Shown: one piece after another, positions 54,821-64,000 of the stretch
How positions within the stretch are numbered: the first letter of the stretch is position 1
Layout of the letters: each line of letters opens with the position of its first letter
Virus record (IMG/VR): IMGVR_UViG_3300027835_000143
Span: 1-64,000 of that record
Source: a virus
DNA: 64,000 nucleotides
Strand: one strand, 5' to 3'
Position numbers and translations under genes: made by a program
The notes under the pieces: generated by a model
Seen by the model: the letters and a program-made list of their open reading frames with translations, nothing else
What the model was told of the DNA's origin: nothing
The model's database searches: none

Positions 54821-56750
54821 GCGCGCGCCGGAGGTCGTCCGGACCGGCGAGTGGTACTGGGTGACTGAGAGGGGCGGCCGGTGGCTCGGCTGCGTGACGC
54901 ACCTCGGGACGAACTACGTCGAGCTGCGGGGACCGTACGTCGGCAAGGACTATTGCAGCCGGCACGAGGAGCGCGTCCACCTCGACGCCTTCTCCGCGCG
55001 GTGCGAACGCGAACCGGACGCGCGCGCGGTGATCGAGGCCGAACTCGCGCGGCGGCGCGGGACCGTCGCGCGCCTGCTCGGCGAGGTCAAGGAGCTGACG
55101 GCGCGGCTCGGCGTCTCGCACGCGGAGCGCCTCACGGACGGCGCCGTGGAGACGCAGGCGATCGCCACGCGGCAGGAGGGGCGGCTAAAGGACTACCGGA
55201 AGGCGCTTGCGAAGGCAGAGAAGACGGATCTGCCGGCGCTATTCAAGCGCATCGAGCACGAACACGAGGCGCTCGCCGCGTGGATGACGGCCGACCTGCT
55301 GCCGCTGCAGGCCCAGGCCGACCTGCTCGACCCGCTCGTCGCCGCGATCAAGGGCCGGATCCTGAACGTCGAGCTGTACGCCGGCCTCTGCGAGACGGTC
55401 GAACTCGTCGCCGACGGCGCGCCAGCGCCGCTCGCCGAGCCGGTGCGCGTCATGCAGCGGCGGCACTACATGGACGAGGAGTGCCTGGCGAACTATGAGG
55501 CCGGCGGGATGCGGATAGCCGGCCTGCCCGGGTTCGACCGGTGGCTCTCGAGGCCGGAGAACCGCGACCGCCTGCTGCCGTTCCCGCGCTGCGTCCTCGC
55601 CTTCCGCGTCCGGCGCCACAGGAAGGAGGACGAGGGCGACTGGCGCGGGCGGTGGATCCGCATTGACGGCATCGCCGGCGACCCTGACGCGTGGACGTTC
55701 CTCTACCTGCGGAACGGCGAGCGGCTCTGGCGGCTGAACACCGGCATCGAGTTCGGCGAGCGGCTGTTTCCGGACGTCTCGCAGGCGCGGATGCTCGATG
55801 GCTCCGTCCTCTACGCGAAGTGCTTCGCCGGCGTGCGGCGCGGCGACGACGCCGAGCTGATCACGGATGGGCACTACGAGACGCTGAAGGCCGAGTACCT
55901 CACGCTGCGGGACGCGCGCAGCGATGACCTGTTCACGAAGGACGCCCGTCAGCGGAGGAAGAACGCGGAACGGATGCTCGCGTCGCGGCGGACGGAGGTC
56001 GCGAAGGCCGAGAAGACGTTCGAGCCGATCTCGCTCGGCTTCTACTCTTGGGTCCGGTTCGACCGACGGAGCACGCTCTACGACGACGTCGCGGCCGTCG
56101 TCGCGGCGCACGTCGAGCGGCACAACCGTCTCGTCATGGTCCTGCAGGGGCTGCTCGACCGCAGCGAGGTCTTCCACCCGCATCCGCCGTACCGGCTCTG
56201 GGAGGCGGCGGACTTCGGGCGCGCGCTCGTGCTCGTGCACGATGAGAGCCGTGCACTGACCTCCGGCGCGGCGCCGGATTTCGAGGCGTACCGCGCGCGG
56301 CTGAATGCGACGCTCGCGACCGGGTCGACGTGCGTCGGCCAGGACGACTACTGGCAGGAGCGCGAGGCCATGCGTGAGAACGAGCGGCAGCGGAACGACT
56401 GGCGCGTCAGGCACGAGTCGCACTACACGCGGTTCACGCCGTACGGCGACCGCGGCCCAGGCGACCTCGCGCAGCCGATCCGTGTGACGAGGTCAGCTGC
56501 GGTGTTCGAATGGTCGAAGGAGCGGAGCCAGCGTGCGCGGCGGCGGTGGGGTACGCCGGACGGCGACATCCGGCGGACGCTGACGGTCCCGTTCGCGCGG
56601 CTGCTGAACGTCTCGGCCTACGTGCCGGGAGACTTCCGGCGGTTCTTCGCCGACCCGCGGACGCGGGCGGATTATTTGAAGTGGGCGCCGCTGCTGCTGG
56701 CGGCCGAGGACTGGCACGCGAAGAGGAATGGGGAAGGGAAGAAGCGATGA
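54774..56750 (+). CDS. large hypothetical phage protein (658 aa)
   Basis: Long ORF with high-GC codon bias; coiled coil, VELYAGL, QRRHYMDEE. Confidence 0.75.
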   Translation: MADRDLRPTSRTTRIERAPEVVRTGEWYWVTERGGRWLGCVTHLGTNYVELRGPYVGKDYCSRHEERVHLDAFSARCEREPDARAVIEAELARRRGTVARLLGEVKELTARLGVSHAERLTDGAVETQAIATRQEGRLKDYRKALAKAEKTDLPALFKRIEHEHEALAAWMTADLLPLQAQADLLDPLVAAIKGRILNVELYAGLCETVELVADGAPAPLAEPVRVMQRRHYMDEECLANYEAGGMRIAGLPGFDRWLSRPENRDRLLPFPRCVLAFRVRRHRKEDEGDWRGRWIRIDGIAGDPDAWTFLYLRNGERLWRLNTGIEFGERLFPDVSQARMLDGSVLYAKCFAGVRRGDDAELITDGHYETLKAEYLTLRDARSDDLFTKDARQRRKNAERMLASRRTEVAKAEKTFEPISLGFYSWVRFDRRSTLYDDVAAVVAAHVERHNRLVMVLQGLLDRSEVFHPHPPYRLWEAADFGRALVLVHDESRALTSGAAPDFEAYRARLNATLATGSTCVGQDDYWQEREAMRENERQRNDWRVRHESHYTRFTPYGDRGPGDLAQPIRVTRSAAVFEWSKERSQRARRRWGTPDGDIRRTLTVPFARLLNVSAYVPGDFRRFFADPRTRADYLKWAPLLLAAEDWHAKRNGEGKKR

Positions 56751-58561
56751 GACTGAAGCGGGACGGAGGAGGACAAGTGAAACAGATCCAGACGATCCGG
56801 ACGCCAAGCGGTCCGCTCGCGCTCGTCAGGCAGACGGCGGAGAAACTCCTCGCGGAAGGCGTCATCAGCGGGACGATGGACGGCGATCTGCATGCGGCGG
56901 ACGCGGCGACGGTGAAGGCCGCGATCCTAGCGTCCGCGATCTGCGACTTCTGCAGCGCGCCTGGCGCGGTGCACTTCTTCGACGTGCCGGACTTCGGCAT
57001 TACGAAGAACGCTGATGCGACGAACTACTCCGCGTCGAAGTCGACCGGCGGCTGGATGGCCTGCGATGACTGCGACGCGCTGATCCGGGCCGACAAGCGG
57101 AAGCAGCTCCTTGATCGTGCCGTCTCGAACCACGCCTTCCCTAAGTTCTCGCGCCGGATGATCGAGGAGCTGTACGGGAAGTTCTGGCAGGGAATGGATG
57201 AGCGCGCCGCCGGTGCTGGCGCGGCGGCCGCGATCGCCGACTACGTCGAAGGGCAGCTCACTGAAGTCGCGCAGCAGCCGAGGACGGCCCGCGATGAACG
57301 GATCGCCGCGATCTGTCGCGCGACCGGGCTGTCGCCGCAGGAGATGATCACCGTCCTCGAACAGCGGGTCGCGCTCCTGGCGCGGCAGAGCGGTGAGATC
57401 AACCAGAAGATCGCGACGGTCGGACACGAGATCTACGCGAAGCTCGCGCGGTTCGGACGGCAGATCGATAAGTTGGACCTCGGCGCGACGATCGACAAGC
57501 TGCTGGCAGAGCCTCGGAAACCGCTCGCCGACATCGTCCCGCACTGGCAGCGCGCGCTGGACGCGAAGTTCGAGGCGGCGCGGACGATCAGGGCGATCGT
57601 CGCCGGTGCGCGGGCGCTCATCCAGACGGATGCGACCGACCTGAACGATCCGCGAGCACTTCGAGATCTCGTGACGCGGACATCGCACGTCCGCGAGATG
57701 CAGGCGCTCGGCTTCGCCGACGACGTCCGGGCGCTCATGGCGGCGCAGGCGTACTCGTTCAACAGCGAGACGGCGTCAGCGATCCGCGAGGCCGCGCGGA
57801 GCGTGCCGCACGACGCGCCGCTCTCGTCGATCGAGACGCCGAACGTCGGCGCCGGCTGGTTCTGGTTCGCTGAACCGCTCGAACTCGCCGGAGCGCCTAT
57901 GGTCTCAGACAAGACGGACGCGCTGCTCTGGACGTGGACCGGGAGCGGAACGGACGCGTCGATCCGGTTCTCTGCGTTCGTCGTCGCGCGGAAGGGCACC
58001 GCCGCGGACGACCTGCTTGGGAAGGTCCTGCCGTCGACGAAGTGGCACTGGCCGCTCAACATGACCTTCCACGACATGCTCGCCTATAGCAGAGAGTGCC
58101 ATCGCCGCGACTACGGCGAAGGCGGGAAGCTCCTGCGAGACGGCATGCGGATCGCCCCCGAGGAGGAGACGATGCGCGTCGTCGGCGAGCTGAGCCTGTT
58201 CTTCGTCATGGCCTGCCTCTGGTTCCGGCAGACGGTGCCGGTCCTGACGCGCGCGCCGGGGCAGGTCGAGCGGCACGCGCGGAAACGGATGATGCGGGAG
58301 CACAAGCTCGCGGAGCCGCCGACGGTGCAGGTCGTCGCGCTGCGGAAGTCGCTCCGCGTCCCGGCGGGGGCGGCGGAGGGCGACCGCGTCGCCGGCGCGC
58401 GGGAGTACCGCTGCCGGTGGATCGTCCGCGGTCATCCTCGCCTGCAGGCGTGCGGTCCGGGCCGCAAGGACCGCAAGCTGATCTGGGTCGAGGCGCACGT
58501 CGCGGGACCACCAGAACAGCCACTTAAGACACGCCAGCGCGTTTACGCTGTGGTGCGTTAA
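56747..58561 (+). CDS. large hypothetical protein with N-terminal Zn finger and C-terminal VRGH motif
   Basis: CDFCS..WMACDDC; RWIVRGH.R.Q.CGP..IWVEAH..GP. Confidence 0.7.
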   Translation: MRLKRDGGGQVKQIQTIRTPSGPLALVRQTAEKLLAEGVISGTMDGDLHAADAATVKAAILASAICDFCSAPGAVHFFDVPDFGITKNADATNYSASKSTGGWMACDDCDALIRADKRKQLLDRAVSNHAFPKFSRRMIEELYGKFWQGMDERAAGAGAAAAIADYVEGQLTEVAQQPRTARDERIAAICRATGLSPQEMITVLEQRVALLARQSGEINQKIATVGHEIYAKLARFGRQIDKLDLGATIDKLLAEPRKPLADIVPHWQRALDAKFEAARTIRAIVAGARALIQTDATDLNDPRALRDLVTRTSHVREMQALGFADDVRALMAAQAYSFNSETASAIREAARSVPHDAPLSSIETPNVGAGWFWFAEPLELAGAPMVSDKTDALLWTWTGSGTDASIRFSAFVVARKGTAADDLLGKVLPSTKWHWPLNMTFHDMLAYSRECHRRDYGEGGKLLRDGMRIAPEEETMRVVGELSLFFVMACLWFRQTVPVLTRAPGQVERHARKRMMREHKLAEPPTVQVVALRKSLRVPAGAAEGDRVAGAREYRCRWIVRGHPRLQACGPGRKDRKLIWVEAHVAGPPEQPLKTRQRVYAVVR

Positions 58562-58573
58562 AAAGGAGACGAG

Positions 58574-59269
58574 ATGTCGAGACGAGGGACAGCACCAAAA
58601 TGTCCGCGCTGTGCGCAGTTCTACAAGGGCGCGCTGGCGCAGCACGTCTGCGGCAAGCCGGGCACGCGGCCCGGATACCGCGTGCCGAGGGATACCGTAG
58701 AGAAACGCGCCGCAGCGAATCGCGGTCGCAAGCAGACGGCGCAGGCCCGCGCGAACATGTGCGTTGCCGCGCGCACTCGTGCTGCGAAAGGAGGCCATCC
58801 GTTTCAACGCCAAGACGTTCGCGCGCGCGGAGCTGCGTCACGCCGCGGGAAGCCGGTTCTCTCATTCTTGAGACCGGATTCAGTTCATAAAAGAACCGAG
58901 GCCATCGCGAAGACGGAACGGTCGCGCGCGTCGACGTCGATCGAGCTAACGGTCAGAGTTGCGCTGGCCGCTATGGGCGTGGCCTTTATCAGGAGCTATC
59001 CGGTCGCGCCGTTCATTGTCGACATGTTCGTGCCTGCGCTCGACCTTGCGATTGAATGCGACGGCGACTACTGGCATTCGCGTCCTGAAGCAGCTGCGCA
59101 CGACGCTCGCAAGACAGCTGCGCTCGTGGCTGCTGGTCTGACTGTTCTAAGGTTGACCGAAACGGAGATCCGAAACGGATCGTTCTACGAGAAACTCTGT
59201 GCCGCCGTAGGCCGCACGCCGAACTCTATCGACGGCGAGACGCCGAACGAGAAAGCGAAACGCCGATGA
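58574..59269 (+). CDS. DUF559/Vsr-like PD-(D/E)xK endonuclease with basic N-terminus
   Basis: TSIE, FIVD, LAIECDGDYWH, D..K..L..G..VLRL.E. Confidence 0.85.
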   Translation: MSRRGTAPKCPRCAQFYKGALAQHVCGKPGTRPGYRVPRDTVEKRAAANRGRKQTAQARANMCVAARTRAAKGGHPFQRQDVRARGAASRRGKPVLSFLRPDSVHKRTEAIAKTERSRASTSIELTVRVALAAMGVAFIRSYPVAPFIVDMFVPALDLAIECDGDYWHSRPEAAAHDARKTAALVAAGLTVLRLTETEIRNGSFYEKLCAAVGRTPNSIDGETPNEKAKRR

Positions 59270-59505
59270 GCTACAGGTTCGTCGCGCGTCTCTCGCCGGG
59301 CCTCGTGCGCCTCAGCGGCGGCGAGTTCGGGATGCAGCTCTGGTCGGTCGGCTGGGCGCGGAAGGACGCGCGCTGCATGCACCGGACGACCTGCGGCCTC
59401 GCGCTGCCGAAGGGTACGCGGACGTACCGGCCGATCACGAACGGAAACAACCGCATGCACCGCATCGGCGAGGCGTGCATGGCGCTCATGGAGGAGATCG
59501 GATGA
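59266..59505 (+). CDS. hypothetical protein
   Basis: Coupled ORF. Confidence 0.5.
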   Translation: MSYRFVARLSPGLVRLSGGEFGMQLWSVGWARKDARCMHRTTCGLALPKGTRTYRPITNGNNRMHRIGEACMALMEEIG

Positions 59506-59987
59506 CCATCAAGACGCGGGAGCGGAAGGCGAAGAGGCAGGCGAAGGGACTGCGGCCGCGTGACGGTGTCGTGCCGTACCCGTTCGGTGAGCGGTCCGAT
59601 ATCGAGGACATCGAGGCCGGCGAGCAGCGGGAGGAGGTACCTGGCGGCCTGAGGAAGGAGCAGGCTGTCGCGCTTGGGCGCAAGCTCCGCGACCGCATGG
59701 ACGGCCACGGCTGGCGGCTACACGTCTGGCAGAACCTCGGCTGGCGCTACACCGTGCATCGCGGCCCGCTCTCGGTCTACCCGGTCTATGGATGTCGTGG
59801 CGGCGTAACGTACTTATGCCGGCTCGCCGCCGCGCCTGAGGATACGAGCGGCTCCGGCGCCATCTTCTGGCCGGACCAGTCGCGCAGGCGCAACCCGAAC
59901 GCCGCAGTCGCCTCGCAGCTCGTCGTGGCGCGGGCGTTCGTCGAGAGGTGTGTGCTCGCTATCGAAGCGGCCAGTAGTCAGCTATGA
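59502..59987 (+). CDS. hypothetical protein
   Basis: GW..HVWQNLGWRY. Confidence 0.55.
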   Translation: MTIKTRERKAKRQAKGLRPRDGVVPYPFGERSDIEDIEAGEQREEVPGGLRKEQAVALGRKLRDRMDGHGWRLHVWQNLGWRYTVHRGPLSVYPVYGCRGGVTYLCRLAAAPEDTSGSGAIFWPDQSRRRNPNAAVASQLVVARAFVERCVLAIEAASSQL

Positions 59988-61234
59988 CGGCCTACACGCT
60001 CCGCCCCTATCAGCAGGCGGCCGTCGACGCCTCGCTCGCCTACCTGCAGGACCGGAAGCTCGCCGGTCGGAACGGCATCGTCGTCCAGCCGACCGGCGGC
60101 GGGAAGTCGCTCGTCATCGCCGCGCTCTGCGACCGGCTCGACGCCCCGGCGCTCGTCTTCCAGCCGTCGCGGGAGATCCTGGAGCAGAACGCGGAGAAGC
60201 TCGCTCACTACGGCTACCGCGCCGCCGTCTTCTCCGCCAGCCTCGGGCGCCGGGAGGTCGGGCGCATCACGCTCGCGACGGTCGGCAGCGTGATGCGCTA
60301 CCCGGAGGTCTTCCGCGACGTGAGGTACGTGCTCGTCGACGAGTGCCACGCGGTGAACGCGCGCGGCGGGATGTACGACGAGTTCCTCGCCGGCCTCGCC
60401 GGCGTCCGTGTCCTCGGCCTGACGGCGACGCCGTTCCGGCTGGCGTCGAACAGCTTCGGGAGCGAGCTGCGGTTCCTGACGCGGACGCGTCCGCGCGTCT
60501 TCCGCGACGTCGTCCACGTGACGCAGGTCCAGGACCTCGTACGCGCCGGCTGGTGGGCGCCGCTCCGCTACCTGACGGACCGGACGGTCGTCGACCGGTC
60601 GCGCCTGAAGCTGAACTCCAAGGGTAGCGACTACACGGACGAGAGCGTCCAGGGTCACCTGCTGGAGGTCGGCTTCGTCGGCGAGCTGCAGGCGGCGGTC
60701 GAGCGGCAGCTCGACGAGGGCCGGCGGAACGTCCTCGTCTTCACGCGGTTCGTGAACGAGAGCGAGCGGCTCGCGAAGGCCGTACCCGGGACGGCCGTCG
60801 TGACGGCGGAGACGCCACCGCAGGAGCGCGCGCAGATCCTCTCGGACTACCGGCGCGGGAAGATCCGCGTCGTCTCGAACGTGGGAATCATCGCACTCGG
60901 CTTCGACTTTCCGGAGCTGGAGTGCGTCGTGCTCGGACGCCCGTCGATCTCGCTCGCGCTGTACTATCAGCAGGTCGGCCGCGGCGTGCGGCCGCATCCG
61001 GCGAAGGCGTACACGCAGGTCGTCGACCTCGTCGGGCTGACGCACCTGTTCGGCAAGGCCGAGGACCTCACGCTGCGGAAGGTCGGCGCCGGATCCGACC
61101 AGTGGGTAATGGCGAGCGGCGCGCGGCATCTGACGAACATCTATTTCTCGGACCGCGACAGCGTCAACCCGAAGATCGCGGCGAAGGCGATCGCGACGCG
61201 GCGGTACTGGGCGAAGCGAAGGAGGCGGGCATGA
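59984..61234 (+). CDS. SF2 DExH-box helicase (YejH/RadD-like)
   Basis: LRPYQ, PTGGGKS, VDECH, GLTATP, GFDFP, YQQVGRG.R. Confidence 0.93.
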   Translation: MTAYTLRPYQQAAVDASLAYLQDRKLAGRNGIVVQPTGGGKSLVIAALCDRLDAPALVFQPSREILEQNAEKLAHYGYRAAVFSASLGRREVGRITLATVGSVMRYPEVFRDVRYVLVDECHAVNARGGMYDEFLAGLAGVRVLGLTATPFRLASNSFGSELRFLTRTRPRVFRDVVHVTQVQDLVRAGWWAPLRYLTDRTVVDRSRLKLNSKGSDYTDESVQGHLLEVGFVGELQAAVERQLDEGRRNVLVFTRFVNESERLAKAVPGTAVVTAETPPQERAQILSDYRRGKIRVVSNVGIIALGFDFPELECVVLGRPSISLALYYQQVGRGVRPHPAKAYTQVVDLVGLTHLFGKAEDLTLRKVGAGSDQWVMASGARHLTNIYFSDRDSVNPKIAAKAIATRRYWAKRRRRA

Positions 61235-61848
61235 AGAGACAGCAAGAAGTACTCGGTAGCGGGAAGATCGACCGCGGCCGGGCCTGTGAGCACGAACACA
61301 TCATGCCGCGCGCGGTGCTCGTCCTGCGGCTCGGGATCGCCAGGATGCGCGCGCCGGCCGCGCAGAACATGAATGACGCGGACTTCGCCAGGGCGATCGC
61401 GGCGCTGCGGCGCGGCGCGGCCTACACCATACAGCCGGCGTTCAGCGGGCGGTGGGAAGAAGTGATCGTGAACTGCGGTGGCCGCGCCGCGGTCAGCCTG
61501 AGGCTGCCGCTGTCGAGGCCGGAGCTCGACCAAATCATCATCGGCGTGCCGAACTATATCTGGTCCGTCTTCCACGTCCGCATGTCGCGGTACGGGTTCC
61601 GGTGCCGCTGCTGCAGACGGTTCATGCGGAGCCGGACTCGAGCCGCCTGGCTCCCGGCAGAGGCGACGGCCGGGATGACGCTCGCGGAGGTGCTCGCACT
61701 AGACGGCGGCGATAGGGACTCGCTGGCCAGCCGCGCGCGGTGGTGCCTGCCGTGCGCCGCCGACCTGGCCGGATTGGCCGAAGCGGCGGCCGTCGCTGCG
61801 CGCTTCTCGCCCAGGCGCTTGACCGTTGACGTAGCGGCGCCGGATTAG
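61231..61848 (+). CDS. hypothetical protein with C-terminal Cys motifs
   Basis: ATGA coupling; CRCC..CLPC. Confidence 0.5.
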   Translation: MKRQQEVLGSGKIDRGRACEHEHIMPRAVLVLRLGIARMRAPAAQNMNDADFARAIAALRRGAAYTIQPAFSGRWEEVIVNCGGRAAVSLRLPLSRPELDQIIIGVPNYIWSVFHVRMSRYGFRCRCCRRFMRSRTRAAWLPAEATAGMTLAEVLALDGGDRDSLASRARWCLPCAADLAGLAEAAAVAARFSPRRLTVDVAAPD

Positions 61849-61854
61849 TAGCGT
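61826..61854 (+). promoter_or_regulatory. sigma70-type promoter
   Basis: TTGACG-17 nt-TAGCGT. Confidence 0.55.
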
Positions 61855-61860
61855 CTGAAT

Positions 61861-62550
61861 ACGTAACCTGATTGGCAGACTATACACGCGCGGCCGGGAT
61901 AGGTTATTCTTGCCGGTGAAGCTGCGGGTTGGGTTTGGCCGCCCTGACCGTAGACGACGGGTTCACCCGACGGTGTTTCGTTGATCGCACCGAAGGGAAT
62001 CCGCAGCAGACTTTCGTCGCAGGATCGACGTCATGAGATTGTTCCTACAGACAATTCACGCCGTGAACCTCCAGCGCACCGTAGGTCTGCACATCCGCAG
62101 CTCCTGTTCTCCCGCTCCGAACGCGGCGGGCTCTAAGTAGGCGTTCCGTCGAGATTCCGCTCTCGGACGCGCGCGGGAACCACGTAGCGCGTGCGCCGGC
62201 CAAGTGGCGACCGACCGGGCGATGACGCCCTGGCGGTCACGCGCCGTTCCGGCTCCGGCTGGGACGGCCGCGGCACTATGGGACAGGGCTCCAGCCCAAC
62301 GCCACGAGGTAGAGTGCGGCGCGCGGCGCCGTCGTCGGGTCACCTGCTGGAGGCGCGCCGGTTTGTCGGCGCGGAAAAAGCTGACGCTGCTCGGCATGGG
62401 CAGGCGGGGACTACCCGTCGTCTGCTCGGCCGACGCTGACGCGTCGTCCGGTCACGGTACGCTCTTACGGTTCGTTTCGGACTAGCTGGTTACAAGTACT
62501 TCGAGTACAACCTCTCGGATCAAGTACGTGGACGGGCCGTACTAAGTACG
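61861..62550 (+). ncRNA. candidate large structured ncRNA or origin-associated RNA
   Basis: ~700 nt without a credible ORF; long-range helices, G-U pairs, cUCCGg tetraloop. Confidence 0.55.
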
Positions 62551-62563
62551 TAGGAGGAAGGCG

Positions 62564-62872
62564 ATGCAGCACGTGATGGAGGTCCTCGACGCGAGCGGGC
62601 ACGTCGAGCTGACGTGGACGCCAGGGGACGCTGAGAGCGAGGCGACGGCGCGCGCGGAGTTCGATCGGCTGAAGGCCGCCGGGTTCGCGTTCTTCTCGAC
62701 GCCTGGAGATGACGCGGAGGAGGTCATGGGCTGGCCGACGCGCGGTCGGCCGCCAGCGTGGACGAAGGCAGGGACGCTTGACGTGCGCACCGAGCCGATC
62801 GCGGAGCAGACGACGGAGTTCCGCCCTTATGCGAGCCGGACGGTCGCCGTCCGGCCGATGCGGGGAGGCTAG
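62564..62872 (+). CDS. hypothetical protein
   Basis: AGGAGG RBS; ends in PMRGG. Confidence 0.65.
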   Translation: MQHVMEVLDASGHVELTWTPGDAESEATARAEFDRLKAAGFAFFSTPGDDAEEVMGWPTRGRPPAWTKAGTLDVRTEPIAEQTTEFRPYASRTVAVRPMRGG

Positions 62873-62874
62873 CG

Positions 62875-63069
62875 ATGGCGAGGAAGGACGCGAAGCGGAA
62901 CGTGCGCGCGGTCACGACGCTCCCGTGGGGCATGTCGGCGCTCGTCGACAGCCTCGTCGGGACGCTCTACGGGCAGACGCGCGCGGAGGTCCTGCGGTTC
63001 ATGATCGTAAGTTGGGCGCACGACAACGCGCAGGCCGCGATCCGGCGCGAGACCGGGCAGGTGCGCTGA
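62875..63069 (+). CDS. ribbon-helix-helix DNA-binding protein
   Basis: VRAVTTLP..LVDSLV..YGQTRAEVLRFMI. Confidence 0.65.
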   Translation: MARKDAKRNVRAVTTLPWGMSALVDSLVGTLYGQTRAEVLRFMIVSWAHDNAQAAIRRETGQVR

Positions 63070-63662
63070 TGCCGGACGCCTCGACGCAGCCGCCGGCCTA
63101 CGGCGACGGTGGCTCCACGGCACGGACGCCGGCATGGGAGGAGACGGCTGACCTCGCCGGACGCCTCGCGCGCTCCGAGGTCGCGGCTGATACCTGCGTC
63201 GAATGGTGCGACTGGACGCCGGCTGCGCGCCGGGAGTGCATCGCGCTCGCGTGCTACGAGATCGGACGGCAACGGGACCGGCGGCCGCAGCGGATGGCGC
63301 GGCGCCTATTTAGGTCGTGGCTGACGCAACGCCAGCGCGACGAGCACCGGCGGCGCGGCTCTGTCGTCGTCCGCGGGTCCGCCGGCGGCACCTACCGCGT
63401 CCAGCCGGAGTCTGTCAGGACGACCGTCCGCGTCGAGCGGCACGGATCGCGGTGGTACGCACGCGGCGCCTGGTACTGCCTGCACCCGGAGGACGTGGAC
63501 CTCCCGCCAGCCGACCTCGCGCTCGCGCACCTGCTCCTGCTGACAACCGATGAGCCGGCGTTCCTCGCGGCGGCGAACGCGCACGCGGCCGGCGACCAGA
63601 TGTGGGACCGCGACTACCTGCGGCGCCTGCGTGAGGCACGCGACCGCGAGGCGGCAGCGTGA
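63069..63662 (+). CDS. hypothetical protein
   Basis: A..LF.SWLT..QR; VRGSAGGTYR; YCLHP..LPPAD..LA..L.L.TDE..FLAAAN. Confidence 0.6.
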   Translation: MPDASTQPPAYGDGGSTARTPAWEETADLAGRLARSEVAADTCVEWCDWTPAARRECIALACYEIGRQRDRRPQRMARRLFRSWLTQRQRDEHRRRGSVVVRGSAGGTYRVQPESVRTTVRVERHGSRWYARGAWYCLHPEDVDLPPADLALAHLLLLTTDEPAFLAAANAHAAGDQMWDRDYLRRLREARDREAAA

Positions 63663-64000
63663 GCGTCCCGGACCTCTCGGCGATCAAGGCGCGGCTCCTG
63701 CCGAGACTCGACGACCCGTACTTCACGCGCGCGAACGAGCACGTCGGGAGGGGCTGCGATCACGTGAACGCCGGCATGACGCTCGACCACAAGTCGCGGA
63801 CGGTCGCCTGCGCGTGCGGGACCGTCCTCGACCCGTTCGACGCCCTCGTGCTCTACGCGCGGAGCGAGGATCGCCTCGTCTCGACGCTGGGCGAGATGCG
63901 GAAGCGGGACGCGCGGCTGGCCGAAGAGAAGCAGCGCGAGAAGGCCCGGCGCCCGTTCGCGCGCGCGGTCGTCGGCCGAGCGGCGATTAAGGACGAGACG
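63659..64000 (+). CDS. hypothetical protein, truncated by the window end
   Basis: GTG overlap; CDH..RTVACACGTVLDPFDAL. Confidence 0.55.
   Translation, partial: MSVPDLSAIKARLLPRLDDPYFTRANEHVGRGCDHVNAGMTLDHKSRTVACACGTVLDPFDALVLYARSEDRLVSTLGEMRKRDARLAEEKQREKARRPFARAVVGRAAIKDET

Noticed and set aside
62440-62480. Group II intron domain V (TACGGTTC)
   Set aside because: No matching AGC/CGC catalytic-triad stem, no interrupted gene, no maturase
1-64000. Many long minus-strand and alternate-frame ORFs (e.g. 6167..7834, 9090..10943, 25229..26656, 47567..48964)
   Set aside because: Shadows of real + strand genes in high-GC DNA; Arg/Pro/Ala-rich and without motifs
1-64000. CRISPR array, tRNA genes, integrase/att site, reverse transcriptase (DGR or retron)
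   Set aside because: No regularly spaced repeats, cloverleaf with T-loop, recombinase motif or YxDD enzyme seen by eye

Overview
The window is a 64-kb piece of a high-GC tailed phage or prophage (siphovirus type, HK97-fold capsid), almost entirely on the + strand. Gene order is: packaging (terS, terL, portal fused to a MuF-like domain); an ~8-kb fibre/glycosylation insert; prohead protease and major capsid protein; neck and tail genes with a -1 frameshifted chaperone and tape measure; tail tip, fibres and tailspike; lysis; a divergent promoter region at ~42.96 kb; then early genes (MoxR-type AAA / DUF3150-like / VWA-metallopeptidase trio, SF2 helicase, many small hypotheticals). I saw no integrase, polymerase, tRNA or CRISPR array. 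Four observations stand out. (1) A candidate virion-wide Ser/Thr glycosylation system: two paralogous Maf/sialyltransferase-like genes, a GT2-like enzyme plus a methyltransferase next to a Ser/Thr-repeat fibre, and S/T clusters in nearly every head, neck and tail protein. (2) An HK97 prohead protease with an intact classic AAA+ ATPase inside the same ORF. (3) A twice-repeated pairing of fibres with an N-terminal 'H..WNxxH' module and a neighbour carrying a 3x 'AFxxx' peptide, a possible plug-and-socket attachment system. (4) Two ~500-700 nt non-coding regions just after sigma70-like promoters, with extensive long-range base pairing (candidate large ncRNAs). All family assignments come from motif recognition by eye; no database search was run.
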